64,000 nucleotides of DNA from Dehalococcoidia bacterium (GCA_965204135.1 CBDBDX010000012.1:35503-99502), one strand, 5' to 3'. Positions 46,434 to 57,628 are shown, counted from the first letter of the stretch. Made by a program: numbers and translations. The notes: generated by a model from the sequence alone, not told the origin.

Positions 46434-46745
46434 ATGCCAATGAAAAATCCCCCGCATCCTGGAGAAACCGTTCGGACCCTCTGCCTTGAACCCTTGAACT
46501 TGACTGTCACCGATGCCGCTAAAGCGCTCGGCGTGAGTCGCAAGCACTTCTCTGATCTAGTCAATTGCAAAACCGGCATCTCGCCGGAGATGGCAATTCG
46601 TCTTTCAAAAGTGTTCGGTGGCTCCGCAAGGGTTTGGTACATGTCTCAAGCAGCCTTCGATCTAGCACGAGCAATGGAAAGCGCCGACGGGATTCAGTTG
46701 GAAGCACTATCGCCATCCAATGAAGAGCAGCAGGCGGCCGCGTAA
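46434..46745 (+). CDS. higA: HigA-type HTH antitoxin
   Basis: [55 protein letters not shown]. Confidence 0.85.
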   Translation: MPMKNPPHPGETVRTLCLEPLNLTVTDAAKALGVSRKHFSDLVNCKTGISPEMAIRLSKVFGGSARVWYMSQAAFDLARAMESADGIQLEALSPSNEEQQAAA

Positions 46746-46784
46746 TCCTAGATCGTTCTGCATCCGGCAGCAAGTTAGGCAATA

Positions 46785-48047
46785 TCAGCCAACAAACCTC
46801 TCAATCACCAAACACGCGTTCTGCCCGCCAAATCCGAAGCTGTTCGACAAAGTCACATCGACCTTCGCGTCCCGGGCCAAATTCGGTATGTAATCCAAAT
46901 CACAATCGGGATCGGGCGTATCCAGGTTGATCGTCGGATGAAGCACTTGATCTTGGATGCTGCCAATGCAGGCCATCGCCTCCATCGACCCTGACGCACC
47001 TAGCGAGTGCCCGATCATCGACTTCGTGCTGCTCACTGGCACGTTGTAAGCGTGATCACCAAAAGCACGCTTAATCGCCAGAGTCTCTGACTTGTCGTTC
47101 AACGGCGTCGATGTGCCATGCGCGTTGATGTAATCAACATCCTCTGTGTTGCGCTCCGCGTCCTCCAACGCCAGCTTTATCGCAAGTGCCGCACCTTTAC
47201 CTTCATCATCCGGCTGTACCAAGTGAAAAGCGTCCGACGATACGCCCCAACCCGTCACCTCCGCATAAATATCAGCCCCACGAGCCTTGGCATGCTCCAG
47301 ACTCTCTAGCACGAACATCGCCGCGCCTTCCGAAGGCACGAATCCATCGCGATCCGCATCGAACGGCCTTGATGCCTCTTCCGGAGGGCAGTCCCTTGTC
47401 GAAAGCGCATGGATAGTGGAAAATCCCCCCATCCCAAGCTCGCAGATGCCGGCTTCGGATCCCCCCGTCAGGATCACGTCGGCCGCCCCGCGTCGTATCA
47501 CCTCCGCTGCTTCCCCGATCGCCTGGGTGCTAGCGGCACACGCCGTAACGCATGTATTGGTATAGCCCAGCAACCCAAATACGCGACTCACGTTGGCCGA
47601 GCACATGTTCACCAACATCACCGGAATGTAGAACGGACTCACTCGCAGTGCCCCGCGTCGGTTCATCACCTTTGATTGATCATCGGTCTCAGGCAGACCG
47701 CCCGCGCCGCATCCTATCAACACTCCTACTCGTTCTCGATCTTCCGCATCCAAATCCAACCCTGCATCCTTGATGGCCTGATCCGATGCATGAACTGCAA
47801 ACTGTGAAAACCGTCCCATCCTGCGTGCTTCACGGCGATGTATCAACCCGCCTTCAGTCGGATCGAAGTCCTGAACCTCGCCCGACACCTTGCAAGGAAA
47901 AGGTGTCGGATCGATGATCGACATGCGCCGAGCGCCCGAAATCCCGTTCTTCAGGTTGTTCCAGAACTCATCAGGGGACTTCCCAAGGCACGTCATTGCG
48001 CCCATGCCAGTGATTACTGCTCTACGTCCGTCGGGATATCTACTCAT
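46785..48047 (-). CDS. fabF: beta-ketoacyl-ACP synthase II
   Basis: RRAVITGMG, ACAAST (active Cys), NAHGTSTP, GHSLGASG, NSFGFGGQN. Confidence 0.9.
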   Translation of the reverse strand: MSRYPDGRRAVITGMGAMTCLGKSPDEFWNNLKNGISGARRMSIIDPTPFPCKVSGEVQDFDPTEGGLIHRREARRMGRFSQFAVHASDQAIKDAGLDLDAEDRERVGVLIGCGAGGLPETDDQSKVMNRRGALRVSPFYIPVMLVNMCSANVSRVFGLLGYTNTCVTACAASTQAIGEAAEVIRRGAADVILTGGSEAGICELGMGGFSTIHALSTRDCPPEEASRPFDADRDGFVPSEGAAMFVLESLEHAKARGADIYAEVTGWGVSSDAFHLVQPDDEGKGAALAIKLALEDAERNTEDVDYINAHGTSTPLNDKSETLAIKRAFGDHAYNVPVSSTKSMIGHSLGASGSMEAMACIGSIQDQVLHPTINLDTPDPDCDLDYIPNLARDAKVDVTLSNSFGFGGQNACLVIERFVG

Positions 48048-48090
48048 TTCTCAGTCGCACTGTCTGTATTTGAGAGCGGATAGTGTTCGT

Positions 48091-49650
48091 CTACGCGATT
48101 TTATCTTCAACCGACACGGCGTCATCGTACGGCAACATATAAGGCTGATTCAGGTCCTCGTAAATCTCCGGCTCAATTCCGAGCAGAAACTCTCGCGCTT
48201 CCGCAGCGATGAATAGAGACCCCGTCACGATGATCAATCCGATCCCCGGACGTTTTTCCACGATCTCCAACGCGCGCCGAAGCCCCGAAGCCACATCGGG
48301 TAGTTGTAGCGAGGGCAAGCCTGCATCGGATATGACCGTCGCGATTCGCGATGAAGGTACCGCTTTCGGATGTCTCGACTGAGTGGCGATCGTGCAAATC
48401 GCTGATGATGCCAGTTCACGCGTCATCGCTCGATGGTCGTGTCCTTCAGTTGCGCCGACGATCAAAATGTAGGGCGAATTAAGACCGTCGCCCTTGCCAT
48501 TTTCGCCAGCAGCCGCAGTTCGAGTGAACTCATGCCTCTCTAACGTCTCCCGCAAGGCCTTCAGCGAAGCTTCGTTATGCGCACCGTCAAGGATTATCAC
48601 GGGCCACGACGGCAGATCCAAAATCTCAGTGCGGCACGGCCAATCAGCACCCGATATTCCCCTGATCGCCGCATTGACATCGAACTTGTGGCCACGCCGA
48701 TAGAGAACGTTCAAGGTCGTCGCGGCTGTTCGCGCATTGTCGATCTGATGCGCTCCCAGCAGATTGGTCCGAACCTTGACATCGACAAGCCCAGGATCAG
48801 GCAAAGAATGCAAAGCCGAAACCGCCTGGCCATCTCCAAATTCAGTTGCCTCTTGATACCGAGGCCGCCAGCGCTTAATCACGAACTCCTGCCGGAGATC
48901 CTCACTCAGATCGCGCCTGACACCTGCGACCCGCGTCGTTGCGCATGCGCTCACAACAGCGGCTCCCACCTCCGCCGCGCGTTCGCGCACCACGCGCCAA
49001 GTCACCGCATGATTCTTAGCCACCACCACAGGCGCACCCGGCTTAATGATCCCCGCCTTCTCCCTCGCGATCAGCGATACCTTGTCGCCAAGTATCTTCA
49101 CATGGTCGCGGCTTATCGGAGTGATGACCGCGACCTCAGGTCTCACGACATTCGTGGCATCCAATCGACCACCCAATCCCGTCTCGATCATCGCGATGTC
49201 TGCGTTGTCGCGAAAATGCACGAACGCCATCGCCGTCAGCATCTCGAAAACGCTCACAACGCCAAGGTCTCCAGCTCGTTCGATCGCCTCTACAAACGGC
49301 CACAATTCATCGATCAAATCCGCGAAATCGGAAATTGAAATGTTCTCACCATCTAACTGAATCCGTTCGGTGAATGTATGAAGATGCGGCGACGTATATA
49401 GCCCCGTTTTGAACCCCGCCGCCTTCAATCCCGCCGCAATCATCGCGCAGGTGCTGCCCTTGCCCTTCGATCCCGCGACGTGCACTACCGGCGTCGCCAG
49501 ATGCGGATCGCCCAGCATCTCCATCAAACGCTCAACCCTGCGCAGATGCCAATCCGGCGGCTGATTCGCTCTCGACTTCCGTTCGAAATCAGCCAGCGAA
49601 AGAAGCCGGTCAACCGCTCTCTTGTACCGATCTGCCTCGCCAGACGACAT
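48091..49650 (-). CDS. folC: bifunctional folylpolyglutamate synthase/dihydrofolate synthase
   Basis: HVAGSKGKGST, TSPHL, DGAHN. 519 aa. Confidence 0.85.
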   Translation of the reverse strand: MSSGEADRYKRAVDRLLSLADFERKSRANQPPDWHLRRVERLMEMLGDPHLATPVVHVAGSKGKGSTCAMIAAGLKAAGFKTGLYTSPHLHTFTERIQLDGENISISDFADLIDELWPFVEAIERAGDLGVVSVFEMLTAMAFVHFRDNADIAMIETGLGGRLDATNVVRPEVAVITPISRDHVKILGDKVSLIAREKAGIIKPGAPVVVAKNHAVTWRVVRERAAEVGAAVVSACATTRVAGVRRDLSEDLRQEFVIKRWRPRYQEATEFGDGQAVSALHSLPDPGLVDVKVRTNLLGAHQIDNARTAATTLNVLYRRGHKFDVNAAIRGISGADWPCRTEILDLPSWPVIILDGAHNEASLKALRETLERHEFTRTAAAGENGKGDGLNSPYILIVGATEGHDHRAMTRELASSAICTIATQSRHPKAVPSSRIATVISDAGLPSLQLPDVASGLRRALEIVEKRPGIGLIIVTGSLFIAAEAREFLLGIEPEIYEDLNQPYMLPYDDAVSVEDKIA

Positions 49651-49743
49651 GAGGTAAGGGTAACGTCTTCATCGGGAACCGAGATTGATACGATGAAGAG
49701 AGGACACACCACCCGCCAACCGATTCAACCTCGGATCCCCAAA

Positions 49744-51120
49744 ATGAGCTACCGATCCCAAATTGAAGACGCCTTGAACGGACACGGAACGGACTACTGC
49801 GAGATCCGCGTCGAAGAGTCCGATTCCACCCGCCTCACCTACCGCGGACGCTCACTCGACGACGTGAATATGACCAGCGGTAAGGGTGGCGCGGTTCGCG
49901 TCTGTGTCAACGGCTCTTGGGGATTCGCTAGCTTCAACGACTTGAATGATCTCAAAGGTCGCGTCCGCGACGCAGCCGAACAGGCTCGTAGCTTGGCGGC
50001 TGGCAAGAAGGGCGAATCCACCGAGATCGCAGAGGTCGAGCCGCACGTCGACATTGTCGATACGCACATCGTCAAAGATCCGCGTGGAATCTCGTTGGAG
50101 GAGAAGACGCGGTTGGCCGACCATTACAACGACATCGTGTGGTCTGAACCTGGAATCGTCAGTTCCGACATTATCTACGGCGATAACTCCCGCAAGGTCG
50201 CATTCGCCAACTCCGACGGCACTTACATTGATCAAGAAGTCGTCCACGTCATCAGCCGAATATCCGCCCAAGCACGCGATGGATCCGACGTGCAACAAGC
50301 CGGTTTCAGCATCGGCGCACTTGGAGACTACGGCGTCTTTGAAGATCTAGATGACGAAGTTGCCGAAGCCGCTCAACGCGCCGTCGGACTGCTCAAAGCC
50401 GAACCCCTTACCGGCGGACAACGGACCGTCATCCTTGATCCCGTCCTTGCTGGAGTCTTCGTTCACGAAGCGTTCGGACATCTCTCGGAAGCCGACAACG
50501 TCTACGAGAACGACAAACTCAAAGAACTGATGTACATGGGCCGCAAGTTCGGGGGCAAACACCTGAACTTTACCGATGGCGCATTGCAACCAGGTATGCG
50601 CGGCAGCTACAAATACGACGACGAGGGTACGCCGGCCTCCTTGACCCCGCTCGTGCGAGACGGTGTCTTAGTAGGGCGTCTGCACTCCCGAGAGACCGCC
50701 GCCAAGACCGGCGAAGCCCCCACCGGCAACGCCCGCGCCATAAACTACCGTTTCCCGCCGATCGTCCGCATGACCAACACATTCATCGAGAACGGCGAAG
50801 CCACATTCGACGATCTCTTGGAAGGTGTCGAAGACGGTGTATACGTGAAGAACTGGTATGGAGGAATGACCCAGCACGAGATGTTCACATTCTCGTCGGG
50901 CGAAGCCTACATGATCCGGAATGGCGAGGTTCAAGAAGCCGTCCGCCCCGTGATGCTCTCCGGCAACCTCTTCGAAACCCTCGAAAACGTCGACGCGGTC
51001 GCCAACGACCGCGGCTTCAACCAAGGCGGCGGCTGCGGAAAGGGCGGCCAAATGCCTCTACCAGTAGGCACCGGCAGCCCGCATATCCGCATCCGAAACT
51101 GCCTGATATCAGGTGCGTAA
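49744..51120 (+). CDS. tldD: TldD family metalloprotease
   Basis: HEAFGHLSEAD. C-terminus GGGCGKGGQ...GSPHIRIRN. Start 49744 (alternative 49693). The longer track ORF overlaps folC antisense. Confidence 0.85.
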   Translation: MSYRSQIEDALNGHGTDYCEIRVEESDSTRLTYRGRSLDDVNMTSGKGGAVRVCVNGSWGFASFNDLNDLKGRVRDAAEQARSLAAGKKGESTEIAEVEPHVDIVDTHIVKDPRGISLEEKTRLADHYNDIVWSEPGIVSSDIIYGDNSRKVAFANSDGTYIDQEVVHVISRISAQARDGSDVQQAGFSIGALGDYGVFEDLDDEVAEAAQRAVGLLKAEPLTGGQRTVILDPVLAGVFVHEAFGHLSEADNVYENDKLKELMYMGRKFGGKHLNFTDGALQPGMRGSYKYDDEGTPASLTPLVRDGVLVGRLHSRETAAKTGEAPTGNARAINYRFPPIVRMTNTFIENGEATFDDLLEGVEDGVYVKNWYGGMTQHEMFTFSSGEAYMIRNGEVQEAVRPVMLSGNLFETLENVDAVANDRGFNQGGGCGKGGQMPLPVGTGSPHIRIRNCLISGA

Positions 51121-52480
51121 AGCAGATTCGACGACACTAGGATTCAAAAACGTGACTGAACACTATGAACACCTGCTAGACCTCGCGACCGCCACACACG
51201 GTAACGCCGAAGTCTTCGGCGTCGAATCGGAGCGACGCCACGTCGAGTTTGAGGCGAACCGTCCTAAGAACATCGGGCAAAGCCAGTCCTCCGGAATCGC
51301 CCTCCGCATCATCAACCAAAAGGGCCGTATCGGGTTCTCATCGACATCTGACACCGATAAGATCGATGAACTCGTAGACCGCACCGGCGCTTTGTCCGAA
51401 TACGGAGCGGAAGCCAAGTTCGAATTCCCAGATGCCTCCGAATACCCCACCGTCGAATCCGTCGACGATTCCGCGGCAAACGTGTCCGATGAAGAGATGC
51501 TCGAATTCGGCCGCGCAGCCATCGATGCCATCCTCACCGAATTCTCCGAGGCACTCTGTTCCGCCGACTTCAGCAAGAATGAGGGGCGACAACGCCTCAT
51601 CAACTCCGCAGGCGTCGATGCCAAGCATCGACACACTACCAGCAGCTTCTACCTAGGCGTCGAGCTCATCCGCGGCACCGACATGCTGAGTGTCTGGCAC
51701 GGCACAGTTGCCACCAGTCCCATAAACGAATCGAATGTCGACGAAATCGTCGATAACCTCCTGACGAAGTTGCGAAACTCCCAGAACATCGTTGACGCTC
51801 CGAGCGGCAAAGACATCCCTGTCCTGTTCTCACCCGCCGGTTTCAACGGCACCTTTCTCCCGCCGTTACTGTCAGGCTTCAACGGCAAAAACGTCGCAAC
51901 CGGCTCTTCACCACTCATCGACAGCTGGGGCGAGAAAAAGCTTGACGAGCGAATTGGAATCCACGACGACCCGCTTCACCCCATGACACCAGCGGCGCGC
52001 CCGATGGACGACGAGGGCGTCCCGTCTCGCCGCCTCGATCTCGTCCGCAACGGAGTCATCGGCGAACCATTCCTCGACCTCCAGACCGCCGGTGAAATCG
52101 GCAAATCCTCCACCGGGTGCGGAATGCGCGGCGTAACCACAACCCCATCTCCAAGCACCTCCTACATCATGATGGCCGGCGGTGAAACGCCCAACGACCA
52201 GATGTTCAAAGGCATCAGGCAAGGCATACTCGTCGAGCAGCTCCTCGGAGCAGGGCAGGGCAACGAACTCGGCGGCGACTTCCGGGCAAACCTATCCCTC
52301 GGATTCCTGATCGAAAATGGTGAAGTCGTCGGACGCGTCAAAGACACCATGATCTCCGGCAACGTCTACGAAGCACTGAACCAGGTCGAAGCCATCGGCC
52401 AAACCCCGGAGATCGTATGGGGTACCCGTGAACTCCCATGGGTGCGTACCCGCGGCGTAGAAGTCGCAACCTCCTCCTAA
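51113..52480 (+). CDS. pmbA: PmbA/TldE family protein
   Basis: TldD/PmbA fold features and pairing with tldD (8-nt overlap). Confidence 0.75.
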   Translation: MRKADSTTLGFKNVTEHYEHLLDLATATHGNAEVFGVESERRHVEFEANRPKNIGQSQSSGIALRIINQKGRIGFSSTSDTDKIDELVDRTGALSEYGAEAKFEFPDASEYPTVESVDDSAANVSDEEMLEFGRAAIDAILTEFSEALCSADFSKNEGRQRLINSAGVDAKHRHTTSSFYLGVELIRGTDMLSVWHGTVATSPINESNVDEIVDNLLTKLRNSQNIVDAPSGKDIPVLFSPAGFNGTFLPPLLSGFNGKNVATGSSPLIDSWGEKKLDERIGIHDDPLHPMTPAARPMDDEGVPSRRLDLVRNGVIGEPFLDLQTAGEIGKSSTGCGMRGVTTTPSPSTSYIMMAGGETPNDQMFKGIRQGILVEQLLGAGQGNELGGDFRANLSLGFLIENGEVVGRVKDTMISGNVYEALNQVEAIGQTPEIVWGTRELPWVRTRGVEVATSS

Positions 52481-52495
52481 ATCAACTAGCACAAC

Positions 52496-53614
52496 TTGAC
52501 GACCAACGGCGAACAGTTCTCAGAATCCCAAGTCTCGGAAATGCTCCGAGACCTCTCCGGCATCGACGACAGCCAAGCCCGTTCCATCGTTACCGCATGG
52601 CACCAATGGCAGCTCGAAGACGTAATCGGCACAATCGCCGAACTACGACAAGTCGCCGAGACCGATCGGTCGCTCGAATTCGATGCCCTGTTCAGAGCGG
52701 CAACGGCCTTTCCGCACCCTCACGTCCGGTTGGAGAGCGTCCGCGCATTGGCGAACGGCGGAAGCATCACCACAGCACAATCACTGATCGCCTCACTAGA
52801 ACAAGACGAAGTCTCAGAAATCCGCGCCGCCGCTGCCGAAGCCCTCATCGCCTTTTCAGACTCTTCACAAGCACGCAACGTCCCTAAAACAACTCTGGAC
52901 CGAATCAAGTCCGCGCTTCGCAATGCCATCCACGTTGACGAACCCATCGTCCGCGGCAAAGCGTTGAAATCTCTCGCCGCACTCCGCGACGAAAACGCGC
53001 CTGACCTGATCGACGCAATGTTCGACGAAGCCATCGGCAACGGTCCGATGATGTCCGATGTGCTCTCCGCCATGGGCGAAACCGGCGAACGCGTATGGCT
53101 TCCAACCATCGAAGACGCCTTTTACAGCGACAACCCCCAAGTCCGCGTCGCCGCTGTCCTTGCATTCGGCTGCATCGCCAACGATGATGACATCGAAACA
53201 CTTTCCGAACCCTTCGACGACCACATCCTCGAAGTCCAGATGGCAACCATCAAAACCCTCGAACAGATCGGTACTGCTCAGGCCCGCGAGATGCTCCAGT
53301 TGGCCGTATCAAGCAGCGAACCCGAAGTACAGATCCTCGCACAAACTGCACTAGACAATCTCAAAGCCGAAGACGACTTGATCTATACCGTTTCGCCCAC
53401 AATGGTCGAACGCGGACTCTTCGGTGTGCCCGCGGCGGCACGCAACCCCTCTCGCGACCTCTCACGCTACGACGCTCCAACCGAAGAAGGTTGGGCAAAC
53501 GTCTCCCCCGAAGGTCAAGAACTAGATATCGCCGAGATCCCTGAAGACATCGGTGAAGACTATGAAGACTACTTGGAATCCGACGAATTCTTCAGAGACT
53601 CCAACACCAATTGA
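52496..53614 (+). CDS. HEAT-repeat protein with acidic C-terminal tail
   Basis: Recurrent ..VR..A..AL.. units (VRLESVRALA, IRAAAAEALI, VRGKALKSLA, VRVAAVLAFG). TTG start. Confidence 0.55.
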   Translation: MTTNGEQFSESQVSEMLRDLSGIDDSQARSIVTAWHQWQLEDVIGTIAELRQVAETDRSLEFDALFRAATAFPHPHVRLESVRALANGGSITTAQSLIASLEQDEVSEIRAAAAEALIAFSDSSQARNVPKTTLDRIKSALRNAIHVDEPIVRGKALKSLAALRDENAPDLIDAMFDEAIGNGPMMSDVLSAMGETGERVWLPTIEDAFYSDNPQVRVAAVLAFGCIANDDDIETLSEPFDDHILEVQMATIKTLEQIGTAQAREMLQLAVSSSEPEVQILAQTALDNLKAEDDLIYTVSPTMVERGLFGVPAAARNPSRDLSRYDAPTEEGWANVSPEGQELDIAEIPEDIGEDYEDYLESDEFFRDSNTN

Positions 53615-53640
53615 AACCTAATCCTGCCAAAATATCGGCA

Positions 53641-53705
53641 TCCCTCCTCTCTCCACCTCCCCTCCCCCTTTTAGGGGGAGATTAAGAGGGGATCAAACCC
53701 GAGGG
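53641..53705. repeat. C/G-rich hairpin element (ctccccc-tttta-gggggag) upstream of rpe
   Basis: 7-bp perfect stem at 53662-53680 within the polypyrimidine/polypurine context typical of this repeat family. Confidence 0.6.
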
Positions 53706-53715
53706 CTACCAGACA

Positions 53716-54387
53716 ATGGCAAAAATCTCCGCTTCCCTCCTCTCAGCCGACTTCGGATACCTAGCCGATTCCATCTACGCCGCCGAAGCCGCAGGCGTCG
53801 ACGAGTTCCATTTCGATGTCATGGACGGTCATTTCGTGCCAAACCTCACATTCGGACCCCCGATCCTCGAAGCCGTAAAACGACACGCCACCAAGCCCAT
53901 CGACGTACACATGATGGAACGCTCACCCGAACACCTCATACCTCCTCTAGCATCCGCCGGTGGCGACATCATCACCGTTCACATCGAGGGAGTTGCAGAC
54001 GTCGACGAAACTATCGACCTCATCCTCGAAGCTGGCGCTCAACCCGCCGTCGCCATTCGACCCCGAACACCCGTATCCGCTCTATGGACCGTTGCCGACC
54101 GCATCAACCGCGTTCTAGTAATGACAGTAGAGCCCGGGTTCGGAGGCCAAGACTTCCTACCATCCACGTTGCCCAAGATTGAAGAAGCGTTGTCGATGAT
54201 GCGTTCCTCTCACGATGACGAAATCGAGATCGCCGTCGACGGCGGCATAAAGTCCCAAACCATCGGATCCACCCTCAACGCCGGCGCCACCACCTTCATC
54301 TCTGGCTCCGGCATCTTCTCACATAAAGACGGCATTGAAGCGGGGGTTGCGGAACTGCGAGAAGTACTGAAATGCAATTCGATGTGA
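53716..54387 (+). CDS. rpe: ribulose-phosphate 3-epimerase
   Basis: SLLSADF, HFDVMDGHFVPNLTFG, VEPGFGGQ. Confidence 0.9.
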   Translation: MAKISASLLSADFGYLADSIYAAEAAGVDEFHFDVMDGHFVPNLTFGPPILEAVKRHATKPIDVHMMERSPEHLIPPLASAGGDIITVHIEGVADVDETIDLILEAGAQPAVAIRPRTPVSALWTVADRINRVLVMTVEPGFGGQDFLPSTLPKIEEALSMMRSSHDDEIEIAVDGGIKSQTIGSTLNAGATTFISGSGIFSHKDGIEAGVAELREVLKCNSM

Positions 54388-56270
54388 TGCTTAGGCGCGT
54401 GAAGTGCACTCTAGTTTTCACCCTCGCTACGTTATCTATGTTCGCGTGCGGATCTGAACCGGCGCCTGAAACCGCGACTCCTGTACAGTCTCCGCCAACC
54501 GCAACCCCTGAGCCAACCACGATGGCGATTCCCGCGCCAGACGAGGAAACTGACGAAATCTCGCTGACACCAATAGTCAAGATCGACGACGAAGGCATCG
54601 CGATCGAGCGTGGCGTGAAAGTTTCAAAAAACGCCTTGGGTGTTAGTTCATCAACTACATATTCACCTGAGACCGGTAAAACAACCACTTCTACTACCTA
54701 CTTTGTCGACGACACACTTGTAGACTTCCCTTGGATCAAGCAAATCACCACACCGTCGTACACTGAGGTGGCATGTAACACCATCGGCACCCCGGGAACC
54801 TGGCGGGGCAATCCGTTGTCCATAGGCGATGAGGTCGCGGTCGGCGAAATTAAACTCCGCGTTGACAAATCAACAGCAAATTCCGACACTCTATTGTTGA
54901 AGCTCGAAAATGTCGGCAACGAAGGTGTCGAAATCCAAGAGTATGCCTTCGAACTGATTGACAGCCTGCGGGCGCAATCACACCGAGGTCCGAGGGATTA
55001 CACACCTTCTTTTGCAGAAACGATCACTCTTGGCATCGACGACACAAAAACGTTGACGATTGTCCCAAACGCCTTAGCTGATGAACCCATCGAGCCGGAA
55101 AACATCGTTTTGGCGTTCAACGATTGGCAGAGCGGCGACTCTGTCTATCTCGATTTGTCCGAACCAGATGACAACCCGCATATTTGCTATGCCTTCGAAC
55201 CACATGCAGAGGCACAAGGGATCGGCTCTACGTGGTTTAATCGTCCGGCGCCCTTAGGCCGCGCCGTCAAGGTTGATGACGCTACAACGGTACGCGTGAC
55301 TCACGCGGAGCGAAGCGTCACACAGCATCTCATCGAGTCATACGACGGACTGAATGTTGATGCTTCTTATCCCAAGAACGAGAACGGCGAACTCGATGAA
55401 AGTTACGAATTTCTCGCATTTCAGATCGAAGTCGCCAGCAACTATCCGCTGATGAAGGGCGACGATTCCGAAGACCCGACCGGAGCGGTCGGCGTTGCGG
55501 GGCGAATTACTGACGAATATTCGTTGGAGTTCGAAGACATCCTCTCTACTCCAGGCAGCGCAAATCTGGCAATGCTTGAAGAACCGTCTGATGCTGATGA
55601 ACTAAATGCGAAAGGTTACATGAGGCTCAGCTTCGTAGCTGTTACGCCAGTCGAAGCGTATGATCTGCACGTCGTTTTCAGGCTCGATTATTCTCAGATA
55701 CCGGCATTCCTCTCGCTTGAGGAGAATCGTCGACCACGTCCAACTCCGATTCCTGTAGCGCAAATCGAAGACGATGGGAGCATTGGTTTCATGCACAAGA
55801 CCAATGAGTTAGGCGAGGAACGCGTGTCCGCGTTGCGCGAAGCACTAACCCCACAGGAAAGAGTTGCATATGAAGGTTTAATCCCCAATTGTGCTCAGCA
55901 CATGGTATTCCCAAGCGCAGAATCGCGCAGAAAGGTTACATCCGACGCGGAGTCTCTCGTTAGCAGTGGATTCGCCACGGCATTGCCTGAATACTTCGCC
56001 AACACTGATGACCCGGATGCCTTTTGCAACGATCTATTTCCGCCAAACGCCATCCCTAGCATGGTGCAAACGTTGCTTTTGGATGACAATGCTGGAATGA
56101 AGGCAGGCTGCGCGTTGTCCGAGCAACCTGTGTTTTCTTACTTCAGCTCAATGTATATGTGGCGGGCAGAGGTGATTTTGGCTCTATGGGGCGAAGATTC
56201 GCCAGTCTCGATCAACGAATTTGCTAACATCTTTGAATTGTGCAACTGGCTCGAGGGCTACGAACCCTAA
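54387..56270 (+). CDS. large lipoprotein, no family recognised
   Basis: Signal/lipobox LATLSMFACGS. ATG 54387 overlaps the rpe TGA (TGATG). Confidence 0.55.
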   Translation: MLRRVKCTLVFTLATLSMFACGSEPAPETATPVQSPPTATPEPTTMAIPAPDEETDEISLTPIVKIDDEGIAIERGVKVSKNALGVSSSTTYSPETGKTTTSTTYFVDDTLVDFPWIKQITTPSYTEVACNTIGTPGTWRGNPLSIGDEVAVGEIKLRVDKSTANSDTLLLKLENVGNEGVEIQEYAFELIDSLRAQSHRGPRDYTPSFAETITLGIDDTKTLTIVPNALADEPIEPENIVLAFNDWQSGDSVYLDLSEPDDNPHICYAFEPHAEAQGIGSTWFNRPAPLGRAVKVDDATTVRVTHAERSVTQHLIESYDGLNVDASYPKNENGELDESYEFLAFQIEVASNYPLMKGDDSEDPTGAVGVAGRITDEYSLEFEDILSTPGSANLAMLEEPSDADELNAKGYMRLSFVAVTPVEAYDLHVVFRLDYSQIPAFLSLEENRRPRPTPIPVAQIEDDGSIGFMHKTNELGEERVSALREALTPQERVAYEGLIPNCAQHMVFPSAESRRKVTSDAESLVSSGFATALPEYFANTDDPDAFCNDLFPPNAIPSMVQTLLLDDNAGMKAGCALSEQPVFSYFSSMYMWRAEVILALWGEDSPVSINEFANIFELCNWLEGYEP

Positions 56271-56281
56271 CCGCTGATGGC

Positions 56282-57628
56282 TCACCTCATACCCCGCATC
56301 ATGTTCTGAAGCGCGCGCTCACCGCCCGGCCCACTGATTCGCTTCATCATCTTCTGCATCTGACGGTACTGACCCAGAAGCTGATTCACCTGTGATGGCG
56401 ATGTCCCAGAACCACTCGCCACTCGTCGTCGCCGCGATCCATTCAGAATCCGCGGGTTAGCCCGCTCCTGAGGCGTCATCGACAGAATAATCGCTTCCAC
56501 CTGCGCCATCCGTTTCTCATCCACGTTCTGCAACTGCTGAGAACCCCGTAACGCGCCCAATCCCGGGATCATACCCAAAACCTCCGATAATGGCCCCATG
56601 CGCTTTATAGACCGGAACTGCTCAAGCATGTCGTTGAGATCGAACTCGTTGCGTCGCAGACGCTGCTCTAACCGCTTCGCTTCATCTTCATCGATCTGCT
56701 CTTGAGCCTTCTCCACAAGCGTTGTGACATCACCCATGCCGAGGATGCGTTGCGCCATCCTGTCCGGGTGGAATGCTTCCAACTGCTCAGGCCGCTCGCC
56801 GACACCCACGAACTTGACGGGCACTCCAGTCACCGACTTCATCGACAGTGCCGCGCCGCCGCGCGCATCCCCGTCCATCTTCGTCATCAACATCCCAGTC
56901 AACCCGATCCGACGATCAAACTCCGAACCGGAATTAACCGCATCCTGCCCCGTCATCGCGTCCACTACTAGGAACGTCTCAATCGGATCCACTGCCGATT
57001 TGACCCTCTCCAGCTCCGACATCAACTCGTCATCTATCGCTAACCGCCCCGCAGTGTCCAGAATCAACCACCGCGTTCCGTCCCTCTTCGCCCGATCCAG
57101 CGCATTCCTCGCCACTTTCAACGGTGTAGATTTACGAGCGTCTTCCGTGTACACCGGCACGCTTATCTGCCTGCCGAGCGTCGCAAGCTGCTCAACCGCG
57201 GCCGGCCGCTGCAAATCGCACGCCGCCAACATCACATCCTGTTTCCACTCCCGTGTGATGTGAAGCCCCAGCTTCGCCGCCGCCGTAGTCTTTCCCGCTC
57301 CCTGGAACCCCACCAGCATGATCACGCTCGGAGGCGTATCGCCCCGCTCCAGCTCCGCCGTGTCGCCTCCCAGAATCTCTACGAGGTTGTCGTGAACGAT
57401 CTTCACCACCGTCTGCCCCGGCGTCAGCGACTTGATGACATCTTCGCCTTGGGCCTCTTCACGGATCTTCGAGACGAAACTTCGCGCAACCTTGAAATCT
57501 ACGTCGGCTTCCAAAAGAGCCATCCGGACTTGCCTTAGTGCCGCCTCGATATCCTTCTCCGACAGCCGGCCCTTGCCCGTCAGCGTGCCCAACGCCGAGG
57601 TCAGTCGTTCAGATAGCGTCTCAAACAT
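56282..57628 (-). CDS. ffh: signal recognition particle protein
   Basis: GFQGAGKTT, DTAGR, TKMDGDARGG, Met-rich M domain. Confidence 0.95.
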   Translation of the reverse strand: MFETLSERLTSALGTLTGKGRLSEKDIEAALRQVRMALLEADVDFKVARSFVSKIREEAQGEDVIKSLTPGQTVVKIVHDNLVEILGGDTAELERGDTPPSVIMLVGFQGAGKTTAAAKLGLHITREWKQDVMLAACDLQRPAAVEQLATLGRQISVPVYTEDARKSTPLKVARNALDRAKRDGTRWLILDTAGRLAIDDELMSELERVKSAVDPIETFLVVDAMTGQDAVNSGSEFDRRIGLTGMLMTKMDGDARGGAALSMKSVTGVPVKFVGVGERPEQLEAFHPDRMAQRILGMGDVTTLVEKAQEQIDEDEAKRLEQRLRRNEFDLNDMLEQFRSIKRMGPLSEVLGMIPGLGALRGSQQLQNVDEKRMAQVEAIILSMTPQERANPRILNGSRRRRVASGSGTSPSQVNQLLGQYRQMQKMMKRISGPGGERALQNMMRGMR

